Assembly: GCA_050252545.1 (NCBI GenBank)
Contig: JBFWKS010000001.1
Span: forward strand, 3,932 to 67,931
Direction of reading: 5' to 3'
Origin: Solirubrobacteraceae bacterium
Lineage (GTDB): Bacteria; Actinomycetota; Thermoleophilia; Solirubrobacterales; Solirubrobacteraceae
Length of the DNA stretch: 64,000 nt
Positions 50,388 through 61,879 of this stretch are shown one piece after another; position 1 is the stretch's first letter; every line of letters begins with the position of its first letter. The notes beneath the pieces were generated by a model. It was not told where the DNA came from. It saw only the letters and a list, made by a program, of their open reading frames with translations, and ran no database searches. Made by a program: the position numbers and the translations under genes.

Positions 50388-51677
50388 TCAGGCCTTCTTC
50401 GGGGTCCACGCGGCCTGCGCCGCGTGGATGCCGTGGATGAAGTTGTTGATCTGGAACTCGGGCGGCGCGGTGAGGTGCAGGTCGGGCATGCGGGTGTAGA
50501 CCTCCTGCATCGACGCCTTGATCATCTGCCGGCCGAGCGCCGAGCCGATGCAGAAGTGCGGTCCGCCCGCGCCGAACGCCATGTGCCGGTTGGGCTTGCG
50601 CTGGATGTCGAACCTGCGCGGGTCGTCGAACTGGTCCTCGTCGAAGTTGCCCGAGCAGTACCACAGCACGCACTTGTCGCCGGCCTTGATCTCCTGGCCG
50701 TTGACGACGACGTCCTTGGCCGCGGTGCGCCGGAAGTGCTGGACCGGGCTGGAGTAGCGGAGGACCTCCTCGACGGCGGTGTCGATCCGGCCGTCCATGT
50801 CCTCCCGCAGCAGCGCGAGCTGGTCGGGGTTCTCGTCGAACAGCCGGAACATGTGCCCGATCGAGTGGCGCGTGGTGTCGTTGGCGGCCGACGCGAGCAG
50901 CGAGAAGAACGCGGCGATCTCCCAGTCGTCCAGGGTCCGGTCCTCGAACTTCGCGTTGACGACCCAGCTGACGAGGTTCTCGGCCGGATGCTCGCGGTAG
51001 TGGTCGGCGCGCGCCATCGCGATCGACTGGATCCGGTCGGCCTCCTCGGCGAACGTCGTCAGCGCGTCGCGGCCGAGGGCGCAGTTCGGGTCGTCCCACG
51101 CGAGCATCCGCTCGGCGGCCTCCATGATGGTGTACATGTCGTCGCTGCCGGCGTCGACGCCGAAGAAGAACGCGAAGATGCGGCCCGGGAGCTGCTTGGC
51201 GTACAGGTCGACGATGTCGCCCTCGCCCCGCTCGATGATCTCGTCGACGAGCTCCGTGGCCAGGCCGTTGATCCAGTCGTCGATCTTGCGGACGTTGCGC
51301 GGCGTGAACGCCTGCGACACGATCCCGCGGACCTGCCGGTGGTCGACGCCGTCCATGGCCAGGAACGACGTCGTGGCGAGCGTCACCACCTCGGGCATGT
51401 CCTCCATGAGGATGCCCTTGCCGCTGATGAAGGTCTCCGCGTCGCGGGAGACCCGGCGGCAGTCCTCCCACTTCGTGATCGCCCAGAACCCGGGCGTGTC
51501 GTCGTCCGGGGGCAGCAGCGTCGACTCGTACGCGCGGTGGTACGACACCGGGTGGTTCTCGCGGAAGAAGCGGAACGTGTCGTCACGCTCGATGAACGGC
51601 TTCTCCCAGAAGCTGCGGGCGGCGAGGTCGTGCTCGGGGCTCCACGACGGATGACGGACGTCGACCTGGGTGCTCAT
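50388..51677 (-). CDS. Cytochrome P450, paralogue 2
   Basis: ASAANDTT, EEVLR, FGAGGPHFCIG; clearly homologous to 42550-43869. Confidence 0.95.
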   Translation of the reverse strand: MSTQVDVRHPSWSPEHDLAARSFWEKPFIERDDTFRFFRENHPVSYHRAYESTLLPPDDDTPGFWAITKWEDCRRVSRDAETFISGKGILMEDMPEVVTLATTSFLAMDGVDHRQVRGIVSQAFTPRNVRKIDDWINGLATELVDEIIERGEGDIVDLYAKQLPGRIFAFFFGVDAGSDDMYTIMEAAERMLAWDDPNCALGRDALTTFAEEADRIQSIAMARADHYREHPAENLVSWVVNAKFEDRTLDDWEIAAFFSLLASAANDTTRHSIGHMFRLFDENPDQLALLREDMDGRIDTAVEEVLRYSSPVQHFRRTAAKDVVVNGQEIKAGDKCVLWYCSGNFDEDQFDDPRRFDIQRKPNRHMAFGAGGPHFCIGSALGRQMIKASMQEVYTRMPDLHLTAPPEFQINNFIHGIHAAQAAWTPKKA

Positions 51678-51712
51678 GGTCGAAGTGTCCTCCCGGCCGG
51701 CGCCCGTGACCA

Positions 51713-51728
51713 TCGTCCGTCCGGGAGA
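51713..51728. promoter_or_regulatory. Candidate regulator site between P450-2 and hydrolase
   Basis: A-TCGTCCG-TC-CGGGAGA-G. Confidence 0.55.
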
Positions 51729-51823
51729 GATCCACGTGCCGCGTGGATGAGCCGTTCGTCCCGGAGACCCGTCCCGACCGTGGCCCGGGTCTGTCCCCGG
51801 CGGCGTTGCGTAGCATCCTCGGG

Positions 51824-52687
51824 ATGTCCGGCACCGTCCCGTCGCCCGTCCCGATGCCGTTCACGCACGGGGCCCGAGAGGTCACGCTGGCGGGAGATCG
51901 CTGGGACGGTGCGGCGCCACCGGTGCTCATGCTCCACGGCGGGGGGCAGACCCGGCACTCGTGGGACCGGACCGCCCGGCGCCTGGCCGCCGACGGCCGT
52001 GCGGCGATCACGCTCGACGCCCGCGGCCACGGCGACAGCGAGTGGCATCCCGACGGCGACTATTCGATCGACGGCCTCGTCGAGGATCTGCTCGGGTTCG
52101 TCGCCACGCTCGACGCGCCGCCGGTGCTCGTCGGGGCGTCGATGGGCGGCATGACGTCGCTCGTCGCGTGCGGCGAGAACCCCGGTCTGGCCGCGGGCAT
52201 CGTGCTCGTCGACGTGGCCGTGCAGGTCGAGTCGAAGGGGGTCCGGCGGATCCTGGACTTCCTCGCCGCGCACCGCGACGGGTTCGGGTCGCTCGAGGAG
52301 GTGGCCGCCGTGATCGCCGAGTACAACCCGCACCGGCCGCCGTCGGAGAACCTCGACGGGCTGCGCAAGAACGTGCGTCAACGCGATGACGGTCGCTGGT
52401 ACTGGCACTGGGACCCGCGGTTCGTCGACATCCCGGACGAGGCCCGCCGGACCGCGTCGGTCGAGCGCCTCGAGCGTGCCGCCCGGTCGCTGGACGTGCC
52501 GGTGCTGCTCGTGCGCGGCGGGAGCTCCGACGTGCTCACGCCCGAGGGCGCCGAGCACATGCTGAGCCTGGTCCCGTCGGCGGAGCTGGCCGACGTCAGC
52601 GGCACCGGCCACATGCTCGTCGGCGACGACAACGACGTCTTCTCGACGAAGCTCGACGCGTTCCTGCAGCGGGTCGCGGCGGCCTGA
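51824..52687 (+). CDS. Alpha/beta hydrolase
   Basis: HGGGQT, DARGHGDS, GASMGG, GHMLVGD; TAGCAT + 7 nt + ATG. Confidence 0.88.
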   Translation: MSGTVPSPVPMPFTHGAREVTLAGDRWDGAAPPVLMLHGGGQTRHSWDRTARRLAADGRAAITLDARGHGDSEWHPDGDYSIDGLVEDLLGFVATLDAPPVLVGASMGGMTSLVACGENPGLAAGIVLVDVAVQVESKGVRRILDFLAAHRDGFGSLEEVAAVIAEYNPHRPPSENLDGLRKNVRQRDDGRWYWHWDPRFVDIPDEARRTASVERLERAARSLDVPVLLVRGGSSDVLTPEGAEHMLSLVPSAELADVSGTGHMLVGDDNDVFSTKLDAFLQRVAAA

Positions 52688-52766
52688 GCCACCACCGACG
52701 CTCGCCGACCGGGAGGCGGCGGGCCGGGGAACCGATCTGCGCCGCCGTCTGCCGCCTGGTCGTCCT

Positions 52767-53371
52767 CTACCGCCCGGTCAGCACCCGCGCCGGGTGCGCC
52801 GCCGGCGGACCGAGCAGCAGGTCGGTCGGTTCACGGTCACCGATCAGGTACCAGCGCCGGTCCGGGCCGAGCATCAGCCGGGCCGGCGCGTGCGGACCGT
52901 CGATCAGCCGCACATGGTCGGGGCGCCGCTCGGCGGCGTGGCCCGTGCCGGTTGCCGACTCGGCAGCGGCGTCCAGCGCCTCGTCGTCGATCGTCGGTGC
53001 CGCGCTGCCGGCCAACAGCCCGACGGCGGCCGCACCACCGACGCTCCACGCGTCGGCCAGCGCCATCGCGCGATCGGGGTCGATCCCGGCACCGGCCGCG
53101 AGCGCGTCGAGCCGCTCGGGGTCGCCGCGGTGGCGGGCCAGCAGGCGCGCGGTGTCCGCGTCCTCGGTCAGACCGAGCTGCAGCGACCCGCCGGACGCCA
53201 GGTCACCGGCGCGCGCAACGGCGTCGACCACCACCGCGGTCAGGCGCGGGTCGTCGGCACGCTCCAGCCAGCCGTCCTGCATCCCGCGGTCGGACTCCAA
53301 CGGCTCCGGCAGCCGGCTCGGCCGGCGGCGCAGCAGCTTGGCGGCGCGGACGATCCGCTCGGGAGGATCGC

Positions 53372-53375
<4 letters not shown>
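52767..53375 (-). CDS. SNF2-partner protein resembling the C-terminal half of SWIM zinc-finger proteins
   Basis: GTGA overlap with helicase stop; AWSVGGAAAV and LMLGPDRRWY segments recall actinobacterial SWIM partners; no Cys-based SWIM motif. Confidence 0.55.
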
Positions 53376-56278
<2,903 letters not shown>

Positions 56279-56330
56279 GCTACGGACTCCGGCGCGGCGG
56301 TGCGTCCGGCGTCCGCCCCGGGGGTGGTCG

Positions 56331-57068
56331 TCAGTCCGCGGCGGTCGCCGGGTCGGCGATGCGGGGCATCGGGACGGTGGCCTCGATCCGGCCGTCGGCG
56401 TCGCGCACGGCGTCGGTGCCGAGGAACTCGCGCAGCATCCGCCGGCCGAGCTCGAGCGCGGCGCTGATGTCGTCCTCGGCCAGGCGCAGGTTGCCGGGCT
56501 GCAGCTCCAGGCCTACCACGCCGTTCCACGCGCCCCACAGGTACCGGGTCAGCAGCCGCGCGTCGACCGGGCGGGCCTCGCCGGCGGCGACCGCGTCGTC
56601 GATCGTCGCGGCGAACCGGTCGAGCAGCACCCCGACGCGCTCCTGGACCCGGCGGTCGGTGTCGGCGTCGGCGGGTGCCCCGCCGGCACCGGCGCTGCGG
56701 AAGGTGATGAACCGGAACGCACCGGGGTGGTCGTGGTGGAACCGCAGGTAGGCGTCGCCGCCGGCGAGCACGCGCTGCAGCGGCGAGAACGACGGCTCGT
56801 CGATCTGGGCCATGTACCGCTCGAACAACTCCAGGGCTCGGTCGACGAGCGCCAGGTACAGGTCGTGCTTGCCGGCGAAGTGCACGTAGATCGACCCGAC
56901 CGACAGACCGGCCCGCTCGGCGATCTCCTCGATCCGCGCCCCGTGGAACCCGTCGCGCCGGAAGGCCCACTCCGCTGCCTCGAGGATCGCCGCCCGCGTG
57001 CGCGCCCGCCGTCGCTCGCCGCGGGTGGCGGGCGTCTCGGGGGCGGCGGGAGACGGGACGTCGGGCAC
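56331..57068 (-). CDS. TetR-family regulator
   Basis: IEEIAERAGLSVGSIYVHFAGK; GTG 57068 lies 6 nt after TACCCT. Confidence 0.9.
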   Translation of the reverse strand: MPDVPSPAAPETPATRGERRRARTRAAILEAAEWAFRRDGFHGARIEEIAERAGLSVGSIYVHFAGKHDLYLALVDRALELFERYMAQIDEPSFSPLQRVLAGGDAYLRFHHDHPGAFRFITFRSAGAGGAPADADTDRRVQERVGVLLDRFAATIDDAVAAGEARPVDARLLTRYLWGAWNGVVGLELQPGNLRLAEDDISAALELGRRMLREFLGTDAVRDADGRIEATVPMPRIADPATAAD

Positions 57069-57151
57069 CGATCCAGGGTAGCCCGGGCGGGCGCGGCACA
57101 CGTAAATGAACGGACTTGCAAAACGCTCGTCGATCGGGCATCGTCCACGTC

Positions 57152-58588
57152 ATGGACCGAGTCGAGGAGCGACGGGCGGAGCGCGTGGACGTGGTGATCG
57201 TGGGCGCCCGGTGCGCGGGGTCGGCGACCGCGATCGCCCTGGCCCGCCGGGGGCGGACTGTCCTCGTGCTCGACGGCGCCCGGTTCCCGTCCGACACGCT
57301 GTCGACCCACCTGTTCTTCCCGGCGCACGTCGCCGAAGTCGACCGGTTGGGGGCGCTCGACCGCGTCCGGGAGCTCGGGGCGCCCACCCACGACGTCGCC
57401 GGGCTGTGGGGCGACGACGTCATGGTCGCGGGGCCGTTCGCGCCGTTCGAGGGGCACGCGCACGGCTGGTCGGTGCGTCGGCCGGGGTTCGACCTGGCCC
57501 TGGTCGAGACGGCCCGCGAGGCGGGGGCCGAGGTGCGTGAGGCCACGCGGGTCACCGATCTGGTGTGGGGCGCCGACGGGCGGGTCGAGGGCGTCCGCTG
57601 GCGCTCGCGCGACGGGGCAGAGGGCACCGTCCTCGCCGACCTCGTGGTCGGGGCCGACGGTCGTCACTCGACGGTCGCCGGACTCGTCGGCACCCGGTCG
57701 CACCACGAGGTGCCCAACCACCGGATGATGGCCTACGCCTACTACCGGGACGCGCCGCGCGCCGACCGCCACGCCGCGCTGCAGTGGCGGGTCGGTCGCG
57801 AGCTCGGGACGGTGTTCCCCTGCGACGGGGGGCTGTCGATCGCGCTGCTCATGTCGCCGGTGGACCGCGCGCCGGAGTTCCGCGCCGATCCCGTCGGGAC
57901 GTTCGAGGCGACGGTGGCGGCGATGCCGCCGATGGCGACGCGGTTCGCCGACGCCGAGCGGGTGACCAAGGTCCGCACGTCCTACAAGCACCCCAAGTAC
58001 TTCCGGCACTCGGCCGGGCCCGGATGGGCGCTGCCGGGTGACTCCGGGCACTTCAAGGATCCCGTCACCGCGCAGGGGATCCGGGACGCGTTGCGGTTCG
58101 GTCGCCTGCTGGGGGAGGCGGTCGGCCCGCTCATCGGTGATCCCGTCGCCATCGATCGCGCGGTCCGGGCGTGGGAGCTCGACCGCGATGCCCAGTGCGT
58201 GGACATGTACCAGTGGGCCAACGCCCTGGGCGAGGCCGACGCCGTGTCGCCGATCGAGTCGGCGGCGTACCGCTGGCTCGCGGCGCGACCGGATGGGGCG
58301 ACCGAGGTCCTGGACGTCTTCTCGCGCCGGCGGCTGTCGGCCGACGTGTTCTCGCTCGGGCGGGCGGTGCGGTGGACCGCGGCGGCGCTGCGGACGCCGG
58401 ACCGGAGCCGGATCGACGTGCTGCGCACCGTGGGTCGCGACGCCGGGCGGGAGCTGCGCCGGCGGCGCGAGGCGGTCGCGTTCACCCGCGTCCGCGCGGC
58501 GTCCTCCCGCGCCGGGCTGACCCCGCCCCACACCGCGCCCGGCGCGGATCAGGCGATCGTCAACCCACCGTCGACGACGATCGTCTGA
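57152..58588 (+). CDS. FAD-dependent oxidoreductase/monooxygenase (geranylgeranyl reductase-like superfamily)
   Basis: VGARCAGS, VGADGRHS, GDSGHFKDPVTAQG; TTGCAA-17-CATCGT promoter then ATG; 3-prime end overlaps the convergent SDR by 40 bp. Confidence 0.85.
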   Translation: MDRVEERRAERVDVVIVGARCAGSATAIALARRGRTVLVLDGARFPSDTLSTHLFFPAHVAEVDRLGALDRVRELGAPTHDVAGLWGDDVMVAGPFAPFEGHAHGWSVRRPGFDLALVETAREAGAEVREATRVTDLVWGADGRVEGVRWRSRDGAEGTVLADLVVGADGRHSTVAGLVGTRSHHEVPNHRMMAYAYYRDAPRADRHAALQWRVGRELGTVFPCDGGLSIALLMSPVDRAPEFRADPVGTFEATVAAMPPMATRFADAERVTKVRTSYKHPKYFRHSAGPGWALPGDSGHFKDPVTAQGIRDALRFGRLLGEAVGPLIGDPVAIDRAVRAWELDRDAQCVDMYQWANALGEADAVSPIESAAYRWLAARPDGATEVLDVFSRRRLSADVFSLGRAVRWTAAALRTPDRSRIDVLRTVGRDAGRELRRRREAVAFTRVRAASSRAGLTPPHTAPGADQAIVNPPSTTIV

Positions 58589-59328
58589 CCGGTGATGTAG
58601 CCGGCACCGGGGCCGGCGAGGAACACCGCCGTGGCGGCCAGCTCTCGTGGGTCGCCGCCGCGGCCGGCGAGGATCCGCTTGTTCTGCGCCTCGAGGTATC
58701 CGTCGTCGTACTGCCCGGTCATCTCGGACTCGAAGAACCCGGGCGCGATCGCGTTGACGCGGATGCCGCGCCGACCGGTCCACTGCTGCGCCAGGTCACG
58801 CGTCAGGCCGAAGATCGCGGCCTTGCTCGCGGAGTACGCGGCCTGCGGAAGGCCGGCGGTCGTCAGCCCCAGGACGCTGGCGATGTTGATGATGCTGGCG
58901 CCCGGCTGCATGACCTTGGCGGCCGCCTGGGCCATCCAGTAGCTGCCGTTGAGGTTGATGTCGATGACCTGCCGGAACTGCTCCGGGGTCTCCTTGTGGG
59001 CGGGGACGGCGGTCCCGATGCCGGCGTTGTTGATCAGCACGTCGACCCGGCCGAAGGCGTCCATCGCGGCGGCGACGAGCCGCTGGGCGTCCTCGGGGAC
59101 CGCGACGTCGGTGGCGACGGTCACGGCCCGCCGCCCGGCGGTCTCGACGAGCGCCTTGGTCTCCTCCAGCCGGTCGACCCGCCGTGCCCCGAGGGCGACG
59201 TCGGCACCCGCCTCGGCGAATGCCCGCGCGAACGCGACACCGAGGCCCGCCGATGCTCCGGTGATGACGGCGACGCGTCCGTCAAGGCGGAACGCGTCGA
59301 GGATGGCGGGCGGGAAGCTACTGGTCAT
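58549..59328 (-). CDS. SDR oxidoreductase (FabG-like)
   Basis: TGASAGLG, NNAG, YSASK, NAIAPG, VDGG. Confidence 0.92.
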   Translation of the reverse strand: MTSSFPPAILDAFRLDGRVAVITGASAGLGVAFARAFAEAGADVALGARRVDRLEETKALVETAGRRAVTVATDVAVPEDAQRLVAAAMDAFGRVDVLINNAGIGTAVPAHKETPEQFRQVIDINLNGSYWMAQAAAKVMQPGASIINIASVLGLTTAGLPQAAYSASKAAIFGLTRDLAQQWTGRRGIRVNAIAPGFFESEMTGQYDDGYLEAQNKRILAGRGGDPRELAATAVFLAGPGAGYITGQTIVVDGGLTIA

Positions 59329-59503
59329 CGAATCTCCTCCGGGTGGGCGCCGGTCAGGCTATCCCCCTGGGAGGTTCGATCCGCCGACGGTGGTCGACGC
59401 GCACGGTCGGGCGTGCCGCTCCACGGTCGGTCCGGGCGACGGTGACGTGGGTCACCCGCCCGGCGCCATGGGCCGACGGACGCCCGGGCGTATGGTGCGG
59501 AGC

Positions 59504-59992
59504 ATGTCGCTGCTCAACACCCCCACGCGCGCCCTCGACGGGTCGCCGTTCTCGCTCGCCGACCACACCGACGATGCCCTGCTCATCGTCAACGTGGCGT
59601 CGCGCTGCGGGTTGACGCCGCAGTACGAAGGGCTGGAGCGGTTGCAGCAGACCTACGGCGGGCGCGGACTGCAGGTCATCGGCGTTCCGTCCAACCAGTT
59701 CCAGGGGCAGGAGCCGGGCTCGGCCGAGGAGATCGCCGAGTTCTGCTCGACGACCTACGGCGTGACCTTTCCGCTGCTGGAGAAGACCGACGTCAACGGT
59801 CCCGGCCGTCACCCGCTGTACGAGCGGTTGACCGCCACGGCGGACGCCGACGGCGAGGCCGGCGACGTGCAGTGGAACTTCGAGAAGTTCCTGCTGGCGC
59901 CGGGCGGCGAGGTCGTCGCCCGGTTCCGGCCCAAGACCGATCCGGAGGCCCCCGAGGTCATCGCCGCGATCGAGGGTGCACTGCCGCGTTAG
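59504..59992 (+). CDS. Cys-type glutathione peroxidase-like peroxiredoxin
   Basis: NVASRCGLTPQY, NQFQGQEPG, WNFEKFL; TATGGT + 7 nt + ATG. Confidence 0.93.
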   Translation: MSLLNTPTRALDGSPFSLADHTDDALLIVNVASRCGLTPQYEGLERLQQTYGGRGLQVIGVPSNQFQGQEPGSAEEIAEFCSTTYGVTFPLLEKTDVNGPGRHPLYERLTATADADGEAGDVQWNFEKFLLAPGGEVVARFRPKTDPEAPEVIAAIEGALPR

Positions 59993-60178
59993 GGACCGTT
60001 CGTCACCGGCGCGGGCGGCGGTACCGGCGGCCGCCGGACGGCACCGCCGGGCGGTCCGAACCTACGCCGAGGTCGGTGACTCGGAGCGTCGGCGGGTGGC
60101 GGCGGGAGGGATATTCCTCCGTGAGTCCCGTACCGTTGCTAGGTTGCGCGACGAAGTCAACCACTGGGAAAGAACACT

Positions 60179-60628
60179 ATGGCCGTCATCGATGACGCAC
60201 TGAAGACGTGGAAGCAGCGCCTCGCGCAGCTCGACAAGGAGCTCGCGCCGCTCCAGGCCGAGGCCGAGGAGCTGCGTGACGCGATCGCCAAGGTCGAGGG
60301 CGCGCGCCCCGCCCCGCCCGCCGCCAAGCCGCGCGGTCGCGCGGCCGCGGCCACGAAGGCGAAGCCCGCCGCCGCCAAGCCCGCCGCGAAGCGCCCCGCC
60401 CGCCCGAAGGGCAAGCGGACCCCGACGGGCCGTAGCCCGCGCGGTCAGAACCGCGCCCAGATCCTCGCCGCGATCGCGACCGAGGCGAAGACCGCCGGCC
60501 AGGTCGCCGACGAGACCGGCATCGGCCGTGGCACCGTCGCCTCGACGCTGCACAAGCTCGCCCGTGATGGCGCGGCCGTCAAGGCCGACCGTGGCTACCG
60601 CGCCGCCGAGGGTGGCGGCGAGAGCTGA
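60179..60628 (+). CDS. Small basic DNA-binding protein (coiled coil + Lys/Ala/Pro linker + winged HTH)
   Basis: Heptad N-terminus, PAAKP repeats, RGQNRAQILAAI...TAGQVADETGIGRGTVASTLHKLARDG. Confidence 0.75.
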   Translation: MAVIDDALKTWKQRLAQLDKELAPLQAEAEELRDAIAKVEGARPAPPAAKPRGRAAAATKAKPAAAKPAAKRPARPKGKRTPTGRSPRGQNRAQILAAIATEAKTAGQVADETGIGRGTVASTLHKLARDGAAVKADRGYRAAEGGGES

Positions 60629-60674
60629 GCCCCGTGCGCCCGGGTCCGATCGCCGATCGTGGTGATCGGACCCG

Positions 60675-61862
60675 GTGCGGTTCGTCGTCGTAGGCGGCGG
60701 GATCCTCGGCCTGGCGTCGGCGCGGCTGCTCACCCGTGAGCGCCCCGACGCCGACGTGGTGGTGCTCGAGAAGGAGTCGGACCTCGCCGTGCACCAGACC
60801 GGCCGCAACAGCGGTGTGGTGCACGCCGGTCTGTACTACGCACCCGGGTCGCTCAAGGCCCGGCTGTGTCGCCGCGGCGCCGGCCTGATCCGCGAGCTGT
60901 GCGCGGAGCACGGAACGGCGTACGAGGAGTGCGGCAAGGTCCTCGTCGCCACACGCGAGGACGAGCTGCCGCGGCTGCTGGAGATCCGGCGACGGGCGAT
61001 CGCCAACGGGGTACCCGGGATCGGCATGCTGGACGCGCCCGGACTGCGCCGGATCGAACCGCACACCACCGGTATCGCGGCCCTGCACTCCCCGACGACG
61101 GCGATCGTCGACTTCGCGGCCGTCGCCGGTGCGATGGCGACCGACATCGTCGGTGCCGGGGGGACCATCCGCACCGGCGTCACCGTCGCACGGATCACCC
61201 CGGACGGTCACCGCTCGCGGGTCATCCTCGACGACGGCACGACGCTCACCGCCGACCGGGTGATCGTGTGCGCCGGACTCCACGCCGACCGGCTCGCCCG
61301 CGCGTCCGGCCGGCCCGCCGCCCCGCGGATCATCCCCTTCCGCGGCGAGTACTGGGCGCTGCGTCCCGAGCGGACGTCACTCGTGCGGGGACTGATCTAT
61401 CCGGTGCCCGACCCCACGCTGCCGTTCCTGGGCGTGCACCTCACGCGCAAGATCGACGGCAGCGTCGTGGTGGGCCCCAACGCGGTGCTGGCGACCGCCC
61501 GCGAGGGGTACCGCAGGCGGACCGTCGACCGCCGCGACCTGGGTGACACCGTCCGCTGGCCCGGGACGTGGCGCCTGGCACGCAGACACCGCCGGGCGGC
61601 GATCGCCGAGATCGCCCGCTCCGTCTCGCGGCGGACCTTCGTCCACGACGCCCGACGGTTCGTTCCCGAGCTGCGCGCTCGCGACGTCGTCCCCGCCCGC
61701 GCCGGGGTGCGCGCCCAGGCGGTCGACGCCGACGGGACGCTCGTCGACGACTTCCGCCTGGAGGGCGACGGCCGGATCGTGTGGGTGCGCAACGCACCCT
61801 CTCCGGCGGCGACGTCGTCGATGGCGATCGCGGAGGAGCTCGTCGCCCGGCTCGACAGGTGA
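60675..61862 (+). CDS. lhgO: L-2-hydroxyglutarate oxidase
   Basis: GGGILG, HQTGRNSGVVHAGLYYAPGSLKA, PFLGVHLT, GVRAQA, NAPSPAATS. Confidence 0.92.
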   Translation: MRFVVVGGGILGLASARLLTRERPDADVVVLEKESDLAVHQTGRNSGVVHAGLYYAPGSLKARLCRRGAGLIRELCAEHGTAYEECGKVLVATREDELPRLLEIRRRAIANGVPGIGMLDAPGLRRIEPHTTGIAALHSPTTAIVDFAAVAGAMATDIVGAGGTIRTGVTVARITPDGHRSRVILDDGTTLTADRVIVCAGLHADRLARASGRPAAPRIIPFRGEYWALRPERTSLVRGLIYPVPDPTLPFLGVHLTRKIDGSVVVGPNAVLATAREGYRRRTVDRRDLGDTVRWPGTWRLARRHRRAAIAEIARSVSRRTFVHDARRFVPELRARDVVPARAGVRAQAVDADGTLVDDFRLEGDGRIVWVRNAPSPAATSSMAIAEELVARLDR

Positions 61863-61879
61863 TCCCGCCCCGACGCGGT

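Noticed and set aside
59504-59992. Selenocysteine glutathione peroxidase
   Set aside because: Active-site codon is TGC (Cys); no in-frame TGA
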